A stretch of 64,000 nucleotides of DNA. Origin: a virus. Lineage: Duplodnaviria > Caudoviricetes. A model generated the notes under the pieces. The model saw nothing but the letters and a program-made list of their open reading frames with translations. It had not been told where the DNA came from and searched no databases. A program made the translations under genes and the position numbers. Shown in pieces: positions 43,676 through 52,526 of this stretch (its first letter is position 1; the number at the start of each line of letters is the position of its first letter). The DNA lies in the IMG/VR virus record IMGVR_UViG_3300010356_000549, positions 11,107 to 75,106 of that record; one strand, given 5' to 3'.

Positions 43676-43998
43676 AGCAAGTCATCTCCATTGCGCCGGA
43701 CGGCTCCATGCACGCACTAAAGCAATGCAATGCGCTTGACCTGCGGGCTTTTGGCCGGGCGGATATTCGCCGGGCTACCCTGATTGAGTGGGATGCGGAC
43801 CTACAGGCATGGTTCATCCGCTGGTGCGACCCTAGGCTGGGGGAAGGCGTGTGGAAGCACGAGGATGGCCGGGTCATCACCTTCCAGGAGTATGAGGAGG
43901 CAGTGGCCCATGAGGTGGCCACCATCCAAACGATGCAGAGAGCTGGGAAACTGGCGGCTCTGGGGGCCATCCTCCATTGTGTTCAGGCCGAAGCCTGA
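43672..43998 (+). CDS. Conserved small protein of the Ycf46 neighbourhood (start ATG 43672)
   Basis: MKQVISIAPDG....LDLRAFG...IRRAT.IEW...W. Confidence 0.65.
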   Translation: MKQVISIAPDGSMHALKQCNALDLRAFGRADIRRATLIEWDADLQAWFIRWCDPRLGEGVWKHEDGRVITFQEYEEAVAHEVATIQTMQRAGKLAALGAILHCVQAEA

Positions 43999-44003
43999 AA
44001 GGT

Positions 44004-44053
44004 AAAAAAAGGCGGCTCCCTAGGAAAGTTTTTCCGAAAACCTAGGGAGCCGC
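44004..44053 (-). terminator. 13-bp inverted repeat with A-tract on the + strand side (terminator polarity on the - strand)
   Basis: AAAAAAA-G-GCGGCTCCCTAGG-16 nt-CCTAGGGAGCCGC. Confidence 0.6.
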
Positions 44054-44117
44054 AAACACACTGAGAAGTCACACATCTTTCGATGTCGCGGCAATAACTT
44101 AACGCTGGGAAGAACTA

Positions 44118-45287
44118 ATGTCTAGCAAATCTTTGATTACTTATCGAAATATTCATCGCCTGCTGGTTAGGGAGTGGGCACCTCACTTGACACATGTGGA
44201 ATATCGGGCATTACATTTTATATTGGATCGCACACTTGGATGGAACAAAACATGGGAAAAAATAACCCTCAAACAAGCCGTGGAGGGCATAGAAAACAAC
44301 GGGGTAATATACGCTTCCCCCTTCTCGCCAAACTCGGCCAGCGGAGCCAGCAAAGCCCTGAAAGGTTTACTGGAGAAGGGTGTGATCGAGGCTCAAGCCG
44401 GGCCGAACCGGACCAACAAATACAGAATAAACGAACAGTGGCAACCTATGAAAATATCAAAAAGGCGGGCGGCGGAGGGGAAAAAAGAGTACCTAGAGGA
44501 GGTAATCAGAGTACCTAATTTAGGTACGCCGGGAGTACCTAATTTAGGTACGCGAAGAAGTACAAAAGAAAGAGGAGAAACTGATAAGAGTTCCGATGCC
44601 GGGGGCATCGGTGATCTGGAGGAGCAATTCGCTCTGATAGCTGAAACCAGAAAGGGGAAGCTCAAGGGTAAGGCAAAGGAGGGGAAAGCGCTAAGGCCGG
44701 ATGGAACGGGATTCCGGCCTTTTCAAAAGAACGTCCCTGCCCTTTGGTTCACCCTGCTCTCCGAGCATCACCCTGAGGCACCCCGTTCCCTATCTCCCGT
44801 CTCTGCCTCCATCCTTTACAATTACTGGGGGTCATGGACTCAGGCCAGAGACTCCGGGGAGTTCGGGGAGTTCCTGGAGTGGGTGTTCAAGCGCTGGCAC
44901 AGCCTAGGGGCGATTGCCTTTCACTGGATGGGCGCTTTTCCCACCTACCCGGACGTGAGGATCATCACAGCCGTTTATCACCGGATGACCATTGAGGAGT
45001 GGTATCGCAATCAGGTGGCCTTCGAGGATTTAACTCACTTGACCCCGGACGAGCGCAGGAAGCGCTTCATGGAACGAGAATGGGGGATGGACGCCGGGGA
45101 AGCCGAGCGCAGGGTGGCCAAGATACGGGGTGAGCGGGACCAATTGGCCGAAGTGGAGCGCGAGAGGGCGCGGCTAAGGGTGGAGGTTGAAAGATTCAGG
45201 CAGGAGAAGGCTGCGGCATCCCGAGGCCGGGAAAGAACAAGGCGCAACGCGCCACTACAATTAATCGACGACGAACATGATGAATAA
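44118..45287 (+). CDS. Replication initiator, lambda O-like N-terminal wHTH
   Basis: LTHVEYRALHFILDRTLGWNK..EKITLKQ; internal iterons; upstream of loader-like and dnaB genes. Confidence 0.8.
   Translation: MSSKSLITYRNIHRLLVREWAPHLTHVEYRALHFILDRTLGWNKTWEKITLKQAVEGIENNGVIYASPFSPNSASGASKALKGLLEKGVIEAQAGPNRTNKYRINEQWQPMKISKRRAAEGKKEYLEEVIRVPNLGTPGVPNLGTRRSTKERGETDKSSDAGGIGDLEEQFALIAETRKGKLKGKAKEGKALRPDGTGFRPFQKNVPALWFTLLSEHHPEAPRSLSPVSASILYNYWGSWTQARDSGEFGEFLEWVFKRWHSLGAIAFHWMGAFPTYPDVRIITAVYHRMTIEEWYRNQVAFEDLTHLTPDERRKRFMEREWGMDAGEAERRVAKIRGERDQLAEVERERARLRVEVERFRQEKAAASRGRERTRRNAPLQLIDDEHDE
44487..44570. repeat. Iterons/candidate replication origin inside the initiator gene
   Basis: GAGTACCTAATTTAGGTACGC at 44509-44529 and 44533-44553, each containing the palindrome GTACCTAA-T-TTAGGTAC; partial GAGTACCTA at 44487; A-rich flanks. 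Confidence 0.75.
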
Positions 45288-45837
45288 AGACCAAGACGAG
45301 ATCAAGAAAATGCTTAGGGCGGCTGGAGTCCCTGCTTCCTATTGCGTGCCCAAAAAGTGGACAGAGCTGGGAGATGGAGCCGTGATCATATCAAACTGGC
45401 TCAAGAACGACGGGCTGGCGGCTTTGCAGGATGGCAAGGTGATGCTGCTGGAAGTGCCTCTTACACCCTCGATGAAGCCAGATAAGGCAATCGAGCAGGC
45501 CGAGAACATAAGGTGGACCTACAACTTATGTCACGCCTATGCTATACTCAACAAGCTGCCTACATCAAGGTTTGATGCCTGGGAGCTGCGGGAGGACGTT
45601 AAGTGGGAGGCACTGGAAGAGTCGTCCATAATTTTTGTGGAGGGAGTGTATTCGAGGGGCAGCACAGGGTTTACCCCAGAACAGCGTAGAACCATTGAGT
45701 TCTTTCTCAAGACCGCACTTGAGCGGAATATTGGGCTGGTGATTTTGCAAGATCGTGCAAATTCAGGCAATTCGTGGGAGGGCTTCTCCCAATCATTCGA
45801 GGCATTAATCCGGTCCCGCATCGCTATCTTGGTATGA
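45277..45837 (+). CDS. Possible degenerate helicase loader (DnaC-like position; no Walker A visible)
   Basis: Between initiator and dnaB; an IIFVEGV strand resembles a Walker B region. Confidence 0.4.
   Translation: MMNKDQDEIKKMLRAAGVPASYCVPKKWTELGDGAVIISNWLKNDGLAALQDGKVMLLEVPLTPSMKPDKAIEQAENIRWTYNLCHAYAILNKLPTSRFDAWELREDVKWEALEESSIIFVEGVYSRGSTGFTPEQRRTIEFFLKTALERNIGLVILQDRANSGNSWEGFSQSFEALIRSRIAILV
45744..45761 (-). repeat. 18-bp dispersed motif, copy 6 (reverse)
   Basis: Exact, in coding sequence, 72 nt before the dnaB ATG. Confidence 0.95.
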
Positions 45838-47123
45838 GTCAGGGAACTAAATTCATCAGGGCGGTGTGTGATGCCAACGACTGGAAAACCCTGCGCAGGG
45901 CGAGTGCTCGCCTTTTTACCGAGGAGGAGACGCCTTTGTTCAATTATGTCCGGGATTATCATGCCAACTATGGCACGTTGCCTACGGTACAGATCCTGAC
46001 TGCGGAGGCGGGATTTACCCTGCCAATGATAGGGACACGCGGCAACGCGGCTTTTTGGTTTGATTCGTTGCGCCAGCGTTACGCCCACACCAAGGTTAGG
46101 GAGCAATGGCCCGCCCTGATTGACAGTGTGGGGATGGGAGCGAGCGGGACACTGGACATTGCGGCCACTATTTCGACCTTAAGGGAGATGCTGGCTTCTG
46201 CGGCCTTCGGGGATACCGGGCAATTGGTCACGATGGCTGACATGGCGGAGGCAATCCGGGATAAGATCGCCTATGCCCGAAACCATCCGGGGCTTATCGG
46301 TATCTCAACAGGCTGGGCCACACTGGATGAGGCTACCCAAGGCATGATGGGGGGCGACCTAATTGTAATTGCGGGGCGACCATCCATGGGCAAATCTTAC
46401 CTGCTTATGGAGATGGCGCTGGCGGCCAATAGGCTGGGGAAAGTCATAGCCATGACTTCCATGGAGATGGGCCTGGATCAGCTCACCTTTAGGTGGCTGG
46501 GGAGGCTGACCGGGATTAACCCTACCTTGATACGCAAGGGGGAGCTGGACACCTACCAATATCAACGTGTCAGGGATGCCCTTGACGATATAGAAGACCC
46601 ACTTAGTGACATACACCTAATCGCCGGGAACATGTCCAAGTCAGTGGAGGCGATTGAGGCCATGATCATCGAGACCGGGCCTGAAATCGTCTTTATCGAC
46701 TCTGCTTACCTTTTGTCCCCCTCAGGTAAGGCGAAAGGCTACGTTTCCAAGTGGGAGAGCATAAGCGAGGTGGTCAAAGAGCTGAAACAAATGGCGCTAC
46801 GGTATGACATTCCGATCGTGATCACGGTGCAGTTCAATCGCAACCAAAAATCCACCTCAACAAAGGCGCTCGACATGGGCGATATTGGGGGGAGCGACTC
46901 CATACCGCAGGATGCGTCAATCGTGCTGGGCGCGAGGAAAGGGCCGAAGCCTTACACTGATACACGCAGGATTATTGAGGTAATGAAAAACAGGGAGGGA
47001 GCCTGCCCTACGTTCGCGACAGCCTTCTCCTTTGCCCCTGTCACGATGGAGGAAGTGGAGTATTCACCTTCAATCAATATTCATGGGGAACCAACCCCGG
47101 AACTAACAGCATGGATGGGATAA
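45834..47123 (+). CDS. dnaB: Replicative DnaB-like helicase (start ATG 45834)
   Basis: GISTGW..LD, IAGRPSMGKS, SMEM, VFIDSAYL, LKQMA, QFNR, SIPQDAS, KNREG. Confidence 0.95.
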   Translation: MSQGTKFIRAVCDANDWKTLRRASARLFTEEETPLFNYVRDYHANYGTLPTVQILTAEAGFTLPMIGTRGNAAFWFDSLRQRYAHTKVREQWPALIDSVGMGASGTLDIAATISTLREMLASAAFGDTGQLVTMADMAEAIRDKIAYARNHPGLIGISTGWATLDEATQGMMGGDLIVIAGRPSMGKSYLLMEMALAANRLGKVIAMTSMEMGLDQLTFRWLGRLTGINPTLIRKGELDTYQYQRVRDALDDIEDPLSDIHLIAGNMSKSVEAIEAMIIETGPEIVFIDSAYLLSPSGKAKGYVSKWESISEVVKELKQMALRYDIPIVITVQFNRNQKSTSTKALDMGDIGGSDSIPQDASIVLGARKGPKPYTDTRRIIEVMKNREGACPTFATAFSFAPVTMEEVEYSPSINIHGEPTPELTAWMG

Positions 47124-47338
47124 CAAATATGGAAAAAATATACGAGCTAATAGGAGGCCCACTTGATGGGGCGGTCAGACGGATAGACATGACAATCGAA
47201 GGGGTGGCAGTCAAGGAGTGGAGCAATCGCATATCCATCTACAGGCAACTAGCATACGGGGGCACCTCTGCGAGGGCCAAGACCATTCACCCGTCCCTGC
47301 TGTATAGGGGGACTGTAAGCAGGCCGACGGCCAACTAA
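47111..47338 (+). CDS. Hypothetical protein
   Basis: LIGGPLDG motif common in small phage proteins; start may be ATG 47129. Confidence 0.55.
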   Translation: MDGITNMEKIYELIGGPLDGAVRRIDMTIEGVAVKEWSNRISIYRQLAYGGTSARAKTIHPSLLYRGTVSRPTAN

Positions 47339-47341
47339 CAA

Positions 47342-47359
47342 TTTGCACGATTTTGCAAA
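47342..47359 (+). repeat. 18-bp dispersed motif, variant copy 7 (1 mismatch)
   Basis: TTTGCACGATTTTGCAAA, intergenic, before ATG 47371. Confidence 0.9.
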
Positions 47360-47370
47360 AAACACACAAT

Positions 47371-47901
47371 ATGGGAACGACATTGAATAAAGCAGAGTTG
47401 GAGCTGAGGATTGATGAAGCCGTCAAACTAAGCCTAGCTAAAATCCCCGGTTCCGACGTGGCGATAGCGGGGGCGTGCGTCCTTTACGCGCATGAGACGG
47501 CTAAGGTTCTACAGGAGGAGGGCTACACCGCGTTGGTGCAGGGCGGCTCGGCATTCTGGAGGATGGCACCTGATAGCGAGCCGGGGATGACTTGGTTTGG
47601 GTATGGCTTCAACAAGGACGAGGCTGCCCACGCGGTCACGAGGGGCTACCTTCCAGAGTTACACGCTTGGGTGGTGGTGATGGAAACCGAGGAGCTGGTC
47701 GATTGCACCGCGAAACACCAAGCTACACAATTGCGCAACACCTTCCTGTCCGAAGGGATCAGGAAGGAATGGAGGGAGCAGTACACCCTACCCTCCACGA
47801 TATGGAAAAAATGGAGCGACGTAGGGGCGCGGGAGAGATATGCTGCGGACGATTTTGCCACAGCCATCGTGAACAGAATGATCAAAAAATACTTTTTATG
47901 A
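47371..47901 (+). CDS. Hypothetical protein (start likely ATG 47371)
   Basis: GACVLYA, GGSAFW, LPELHAWV, VDCT. Confidence 0.65.
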   Translation: MGTTLNKAELELRIDEAVKLSLAKIPGSDVAIAGACVLYAHETAKVLQEEGYTALVQGGSAFWRMAPDSEPGMTWFGYGFNKDEAAHAVTRGYLPELHAWVVVMETEELVDCTAKHQATQLRNTFLSEGIRKEWREQYTLPSTIWKKWSDVGARERYAADDFATAIVNRMIKKYFL

Positions 47902-50900
47902 CCGAAAACCATTGGCCAAATATAAATGTGATAGAGGGCAGCCAAGCCAAGATCGTGGTGGTCTGCGACCTTACCACCAAGGCAGTGTGGGAGCGGGGGA
48001 TGGTGATGACCATTCCCGCTCTGGACCTATTCAAAACGGAGGCGGAGCGAAACGGCTTCGGGCCGGAGGATTTTGTGTTCGTGTCGCCTTCCCGACCTAT
48101 CGCGGAGGAGGATCAGGCGACCGAGAGCAAGACGGCCAAAGCCATGGGTATTGACCGGGCCGAGTTCCTGGAGGTGATCAAGGCATACCAGCCCGAAATC
48201 ATCCTGACCCTGGGCAAATGGGCGCTCCGGCAGCTCAAGGGTAATGCCATCAAAATAACCACGGCTAGGGGCACCGCTCAGGTGATTGACGTGGCGGGCC
48301 AGGAATACCCTGTGCTGCCCCTTCTGTCTCCCCGAGAGGTGCTTCGCTTCCCCGAGCGCAAGGTTATTTTCAGGACCGACTTCATGCAGTTGGCCAGCCT
48401 TAAGGAGCACGGTTATGACGTGGATCAATTCAGGGAGGGGGCGCAGGGCAAGGGCTACCGTTGGTGCCTTGACTTGGCTCACCTACTCGACAATCCCCCA
48501 CAACAGATTGCCTTCGACTGTGAGACCGTAGGTCTGGACCGTTATGACCCACGATTCGAGCTGGTGACCGTGCAGATCACAACCCGCAAGGGGGAGAGCT
48601 TAGTTGTCCCCCTCCACATCGAATGGTGGAACAATCCAGAGTTGATGTCCCTAGAATCTGCGGCTGCTCCACGTCTCACTAAGACCATCCGCAAAAAGCT
48701 CATTGGCCAGCTCAAGGAGCTACTGGAGAATCCGAAGGTGGCGGTGGTCGGCCACAACCTGAAATATGACATCCACGCCATGAGGACGGCTGGAGTGCGC
48801 ATTGCCAACTGGTATGCGGACACCATGCAGTTGGCGTTTGTTGTTGACGAGAACATGCAGCGGATGGGGCTTGACGATTGCGTTAGAAGGTGGCTCCCCC
48901 AATTCGCGGGATATGCCGACGAGTTCAATGCGAACATCGACAAGAGCAACATGCACAAGGTGCCGCATAGTCAATTCTTGGGGTATGCCGGGGGGGATAC
49001 TGAGGTCACTTGGCGGCTGGCCGGGGTGCTACTCGATGAGGCAAAGCGGGACATTTTGCAGTGGGGCACCTTCATAAAGGTGCAAATGCCAGCTCTAAGG
49101 GCTTTCGTGGGGATGGAGGAAGTGGGAGTTGGGATCAACACCACCGCTTTGACCGAGTTTGGGGTGTACTTAGAGCAACGTCACGCCGAGCTACAGGCGA
49201 AATTGCTGGATCAAGTCCCCCCTACCCTATTGCGGGCGCATGAAGAGAAGGGCTGCCGATTCTCTCGGGCCGACTTTGTGATTGACTGCCTTTTTGGGGA
49301 GGACTCCATCCGATTCCTGGAAGACGGGACCGTGGACCAACACAATGGGTCGCGGCTCAAGGCCAAGGTGTGGACTAAAGGTGGGCAACCCTCTACCAGC
49401 TCCACCGATCATTTACCCTACTTTGACCACTGCGAATGGGTGCGCGACTTAATGGAGTTAAGCAAGGTCAGCAAGATGATCTCAACCTATGTGGGGCATG
49501 ACCTCAAGGAGTGGCAGCAACCCATCAAGCGGACCAAGACCGGGCTGCTACCTAAGGTCGTCAGGGACATATTGGCCGAAAGAGGATACGTTGCCCCTTT
49601 ACAGGTGGCCGGGCGACTTCGGGAGCCGGATCAAGAAATCGTCAATTTCATCAGAAGCAACTACCCAATTTCAGCGTCCATACCTGACCGGGAGTTGAGC
49701 TGTAAAATCAATGGGATAACCTTTGACACCATGGGCCGGGTCTTCCGGGAATGCCGGGAGGAGGCAACCGGGTTCTGGCAATACCTCAAGAACAAGGAGA
49801 CAGCGCCACGCATTCACCCGTCCTTTCACCTCCACAGGACCGTTACAGGGCGGGCGGCTTCCTCCAATCCCAATGGACAGAATCTACCCAAGCGGGGTGC
49901 CTTGGCCAAAGCGTATCGTCGAATCTTCATCCCCACGGAGGGCTACACCTTTATTGAATGTGACCTTTCGCAGGCCGAGCTGCGCATCGCGGCATGGATG
50001 GCCGGGGAGCCTGAGATGCTGCGGATTTACCGAACCGGGGGGGATATCCACTCTGCTACGGCTGCGGCTGTCATGGGCGTGTCTGAGCGTGTCTTCAACG
50101 CGGGACTACATTCATCGACCCTGCTTCACACCGTAGCGGCAGAGTGGCCGGGGGCTAACTCCTACCTGCTTGCGGCTGGCAGCAAGATGATGGAGGTCAC
50201 CCTGAAAGCCTTCTTAGATTACAAACGATTTGCGGCCAAGGCCATTAACTTCGGATTCCTGTACGGGATGGGCTGGCGCAAGTTCCAAGTCTATGCCCGT
50301 GTTGAGTACGGACTGACCTTTACCGAGGCTGAGGCACAAGCCATTCGGAAGACCTTTTTTCGTAAATATGCGGGGCTGGAGGAGTGGCACGACCAAACGA
50401 GGGAGTTTGTCAAAGACCGGGGCTTTGTCCGGGCGCTTCATGGGGCTTTGCGCCACCTGCCCAATATTGAATCCGATGATGAGGGGGTCATAGGGGGGGC
50501 CAGCCGTCAAAGCATTAACTCACCTGTTCAGCGCTTCGCCAGCGACCTGGGGCTGATTGCTCTGAGCAGATTTGTGAGGGACTGCGACCATGACCGGATG
50601 CGGCCTTGCCTCTTTATTCATGACTCCAACATCATCGAGGCCAAACACGATTGCGTGGAAGAGGCGGCTGATGCCCTTAAATGGTACATGCAGTCTCAAC
50701 CCTTGATGGAGTGGTTTGGGCTGGAGTCGCCCATCCCGATTATTGCCGATATTTCGGTGGGGGTAAATTTGGAGCAGATGACCGCATGGAATGGGCGGGA
50801 CGGCACACCTAACTTATTGGGTAGGAAGCCGGAGTGGGCTTCCGATAGGGAAACACCTTTGGGATTTAGAGGTGTGAATCAACCAGTAAAGAAAAGGTTT

Positions 50901-50912
50901 ATCCATAGATAA
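47898..50912 (+). CDS. polA: Family A DNA polymerase with N-terminal degenerate uracil-DNA glycosylase (family 4-like) domain and 3'-5' exonuclease (start revised to ATG 47898)
   Basis: UDG-like AKIVVV..., QPEIILTLGKWA, ITTARG; ExoI FDCET, ExoII GHNLKYD, ExoIII YAGGD; motif A DLSQAELR, motif B KAINFGFLYG, motif C IHDS. Confidence 0.95.
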   Translation: MTENHWPNINVIEGSQAKIVVVCDLTTKAVWERGMVMTIPALDLFKTEAERNGFGPEDFVFVSPSRPIAEEDQATESKTAKAMGIDRAEFLEVIKAYQPEIILTLGKWALRQLKGNAIKITTARGTAQVIDVAGQEYPVLPLLSPREVLRFPERKVIFRTDFMQLASLKEHGYDVDQFREGAQGKGYRWCLDLAHLLDNPPQQIAFDCETVGLDRYDPRFELVTVQITTRKGESLVVPLHIEWWNNPELMSLESAAAPRLTKTIRKKLIGQLKELLENPKVAVVGHNLKYDIHAMRTAGVRIANWYADTMQLAFVVDENMQRMGLDDCVRRWLPQFAGYADEFNANIDKSNMHKVPHSQFLGYAGGDTEVTWRLAGVLLDEAKRDILQWGTFIKVQMPALRAFVGMEEVGVGINTTALTEFGVYLEQRHAELQAKLLDQVPPTLLRAHEEKGCRFSRADFVIDCLFGEDSIRFLEDGTVDQHNGSRLKAKVWTKGGQPSTSSTDHLPYFDHCEWVRDLMELSKVSKMISTYVGHDLKEWQQPIKRTKTGLLPKVVRDILAERGYVAPLQVAGRLREPDQEIVNFIRSNYPISASIPDRELSCKINGITFDTMGRVFRECREEATGFWQYLKNKETAPRIHPSFHLHRTVTGRAASSNPNGQNLPKRGALAKAYRRIFIPTEGYTFIECDLSQAELRIAAWMAGEPEMLRIYRTGGDIHSATAAAVMGVSERVFNAGLHSSTLLHTVAAEWPGANSYLLAAGSKMMEVTLKAFLDYKRFAAKAINFGFLYGMGWRKFQVYARVEYGLTFTEAEAQAIRKTFFRKYAGLEEWHDQTREFVKDRGFVRALHGALRHLPNIESDDEGVIGGASRQSINSPVQRFASDLGLIALSRFVRDCDHDRMRPCLFIHDSNIIEAKHDCVEEAADALKWYMQSQPLMEWFGLESPIPIIADISVGVNLEQMTAWNGRDGTPNLLGRKPEWASDRETPLGFRGVNQPVKKRFIHR

Positions 50913-50921
50913 AAATAATAC

Positions 50922-50949
50922 TTGCAAAGGGTAAAGGATAAGTTAGACT
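50922..50949 (+). promoter_or_regulatory. Strong sigma70-like promoter with A-tract
   Basis: AAAAATAATAC-TTGCAA-16-TAGACT. Confidence 0.65.
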
Positions 50950-50999
50950 AGGGGAAGCTAGTCCTAAGGACTCAATATAACAACAAATAAAAATCACAC

Positions 51000-51470
51000 A
51001 TGAGAGCAGTTAAGGCGACGACCAAGAAAACCATCACGACAAAAAACGCACCCAAAAGAGTGCCACGGAGCCGCGTTCCTGCGGCGACGCCTAAGGCGGA
51101 GGCCGGGACCAACCCTCTGGAGAAAATGGCGGCTGATTATTATGCGGCCAATGAGGCCAGGAAGAAATTCGCCACCGCATCGGAGAAGCTCCGGGAGCAG
51201 CTTTTGGGGGAGATGGGACGGCAGGGGATAGAGAAATTTGAGCTGCCTGCTCACGGCAACACCCCTGCATTGGTGGCCACTATTGAATCCCGCAATACGA
51301 CGACCATCGACCTTCAAGCCCTGTCCAAGCTGGTATCCTTCGAAGTATTAATGCAGGTGGTTTCCGCATCTGTCTCTGCGGTTACTGCGGTGGCCGGGAA
51401 GGAAGTGCTCGCCCAAGTGGCCATACCTGGGAAGAGCAGCCCAAACGTCAACGTTAATCCCAAAAAATAG
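51000..51470 (+). CDS. Hypothetical protein with basic N-tail and coiled coil
   Basis: Own promoter, A-rich leader; 156 aa. Confidence 0.7.
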   Translation: MRAVKATTKKTITTKNAPKRVPRSRVPAATPKAEAGTNPLEKMAADYYAANEARKKFATASEKLREQLLGEMGRQGIEKFELPAHGNTPALVATIESRNTTTIDLQALSKLVSFEVLMQVVSASVSAVTAVAGKEVLAQVAIPGKSSPNVNVNPKK

Positions 51471-51471
51471 G

Positions 51472-52485
51472 ATGAAAGAGGCGGCGCTGAGAGCACTATT
51501 GTCGAAGCTGGACATTGATGTTCAGTTCAAAAATGCCAAGGGATGGCTCTCAGCGCCATGCCCCTTTGCGGAACATCTTCACCAATACGGGACCGACTTG
51601 AATCCTTCTTTCATGGTGAAGGTGTCCGACCGGGGCGCATCTGGCTTCAACTGCTTTTCATGCCACCAACGGGGTAACCTTACCCGCTTAATGACCAAGC
51701 TCGGGAAGCTCAGGGGCCAGTCCTATGACCGGGAAATCATCCGGGCGGCCATTGAGGAGACGCCTAAGGATGTCGAGAGCTGGGATGACCTCAAGGATCA
51801 ATGGATTGCCGAGGCCATGCTGGATGAGCCGCTGGACTCACGCCTTTACAGGCGCATGTACCCCTCAGCATGGAGGGAGGAGGAGTCTCGCCTTTACCTA
51901 TTGGAGCGCGGAGTATCGGAGGTGGCAGCGACCGTCCTGGACCTCCGGCACGATCCAGATAGCCATCGCGTCCTTTTCCCAGTCTATGACGACGACCACT
52001 TCCTGTATGGCTTTACCGGGCGGGCCGTCTATGACGACATTGAGCCAAGGATCAGGGACTATGCCGGGCTTAAAAAAGATCGACACCTGCTGGGCCAGCA
52101 TCTTATATCGTCGAGGCCGGGGATGCCTATTGTATTGGTGGAGGGGCTGTTTGCTTTAGCCCATCTGGTGACCATCGGGGCGACCGATCTCGCAGTGCCC
52201 ATGGCCACGATGGGGAGCTACTTGAGCCAATACCAAGCAGGCATACTGGCAGACTACGGGAGGGCGGTTTACCTGCTATATGACAACGACATGGCCGGGA
52301 GCGAGGGGCTGTTTGGTTCATGGAGTGAGAGGCGGGGATTCGAGGGAGGAGGCGCGGTGGATAAGCTCAAGAGCGAGGTGCCGACCTTTGTGTGCTTATA
52401 CCCCGAAGGCGTGGACGATCCAGACGATTTGACGCTGACACAATTTACAGAATTTTTCTCCGAGGGGGGAAGAGAATACCAGTGA
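51472..52485 (+). CDS. dnaG: DNA primase (Zn-binding plus TOPRIM)
   Basis: CPFAEHLH...FNCFSC; RVLFP...GFTGR; IVLVEG; LYDNDMAG; DPDDL. Confidence 0.9.
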   Translation: MKEAALRALLSKLDIDVQFKNAKGWLSAPCPFAEHLHQYGTDLNPSFMVKVSDRGASGFNCFSCHQRGNLTRLMTKLGKLRGQSYDREIIRAAIEETPKDVESWDDLKDQWIAEAMLDEPLDSRLYRRMYPSAWREEESRLYLLERGVSEVAATVLDLRHDPDSHRVLFPVYDDDHFLYGFTGRAVYDDIEPRIRDYAGLKKDRHLLGQHLISSRPGMPIVLVEGLFALAHLVTIGATDLAVPMATMGSYLSQYQAGILADYGRAVYLLYDNDMAGSEGLFGSWSERRGFEGGGAVDKLKSEVPTFVCLYPEGVDDPDDLTLTQFTEFFSEGGREYQ

Positions 52486-52526
52486 GTTGGTAACAAAAAC
52501 AAACAACAAATAAATACAATAAATAA

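Noticed and set aside
47592-47897. 102-aa N-terminal extension of the polymerase in the ORF track
   Set aside because: Overlaps the 47371-47901 gene in another frame; ATGA coupling supports ATG 47898
49494-49769. Possible intein or intron in polA
   Set aside because: Insertion lacks an N-terminal Cys/Ser and C-terminal His-Asn, is in frame and has no homing-endonuclease motif
47898-50912. Polymerase as DpoZ (2-aminoadenine genome)
   Set aside because: No purZ, datZ or mazZ recognised; motif B reads as a standard KAINFG
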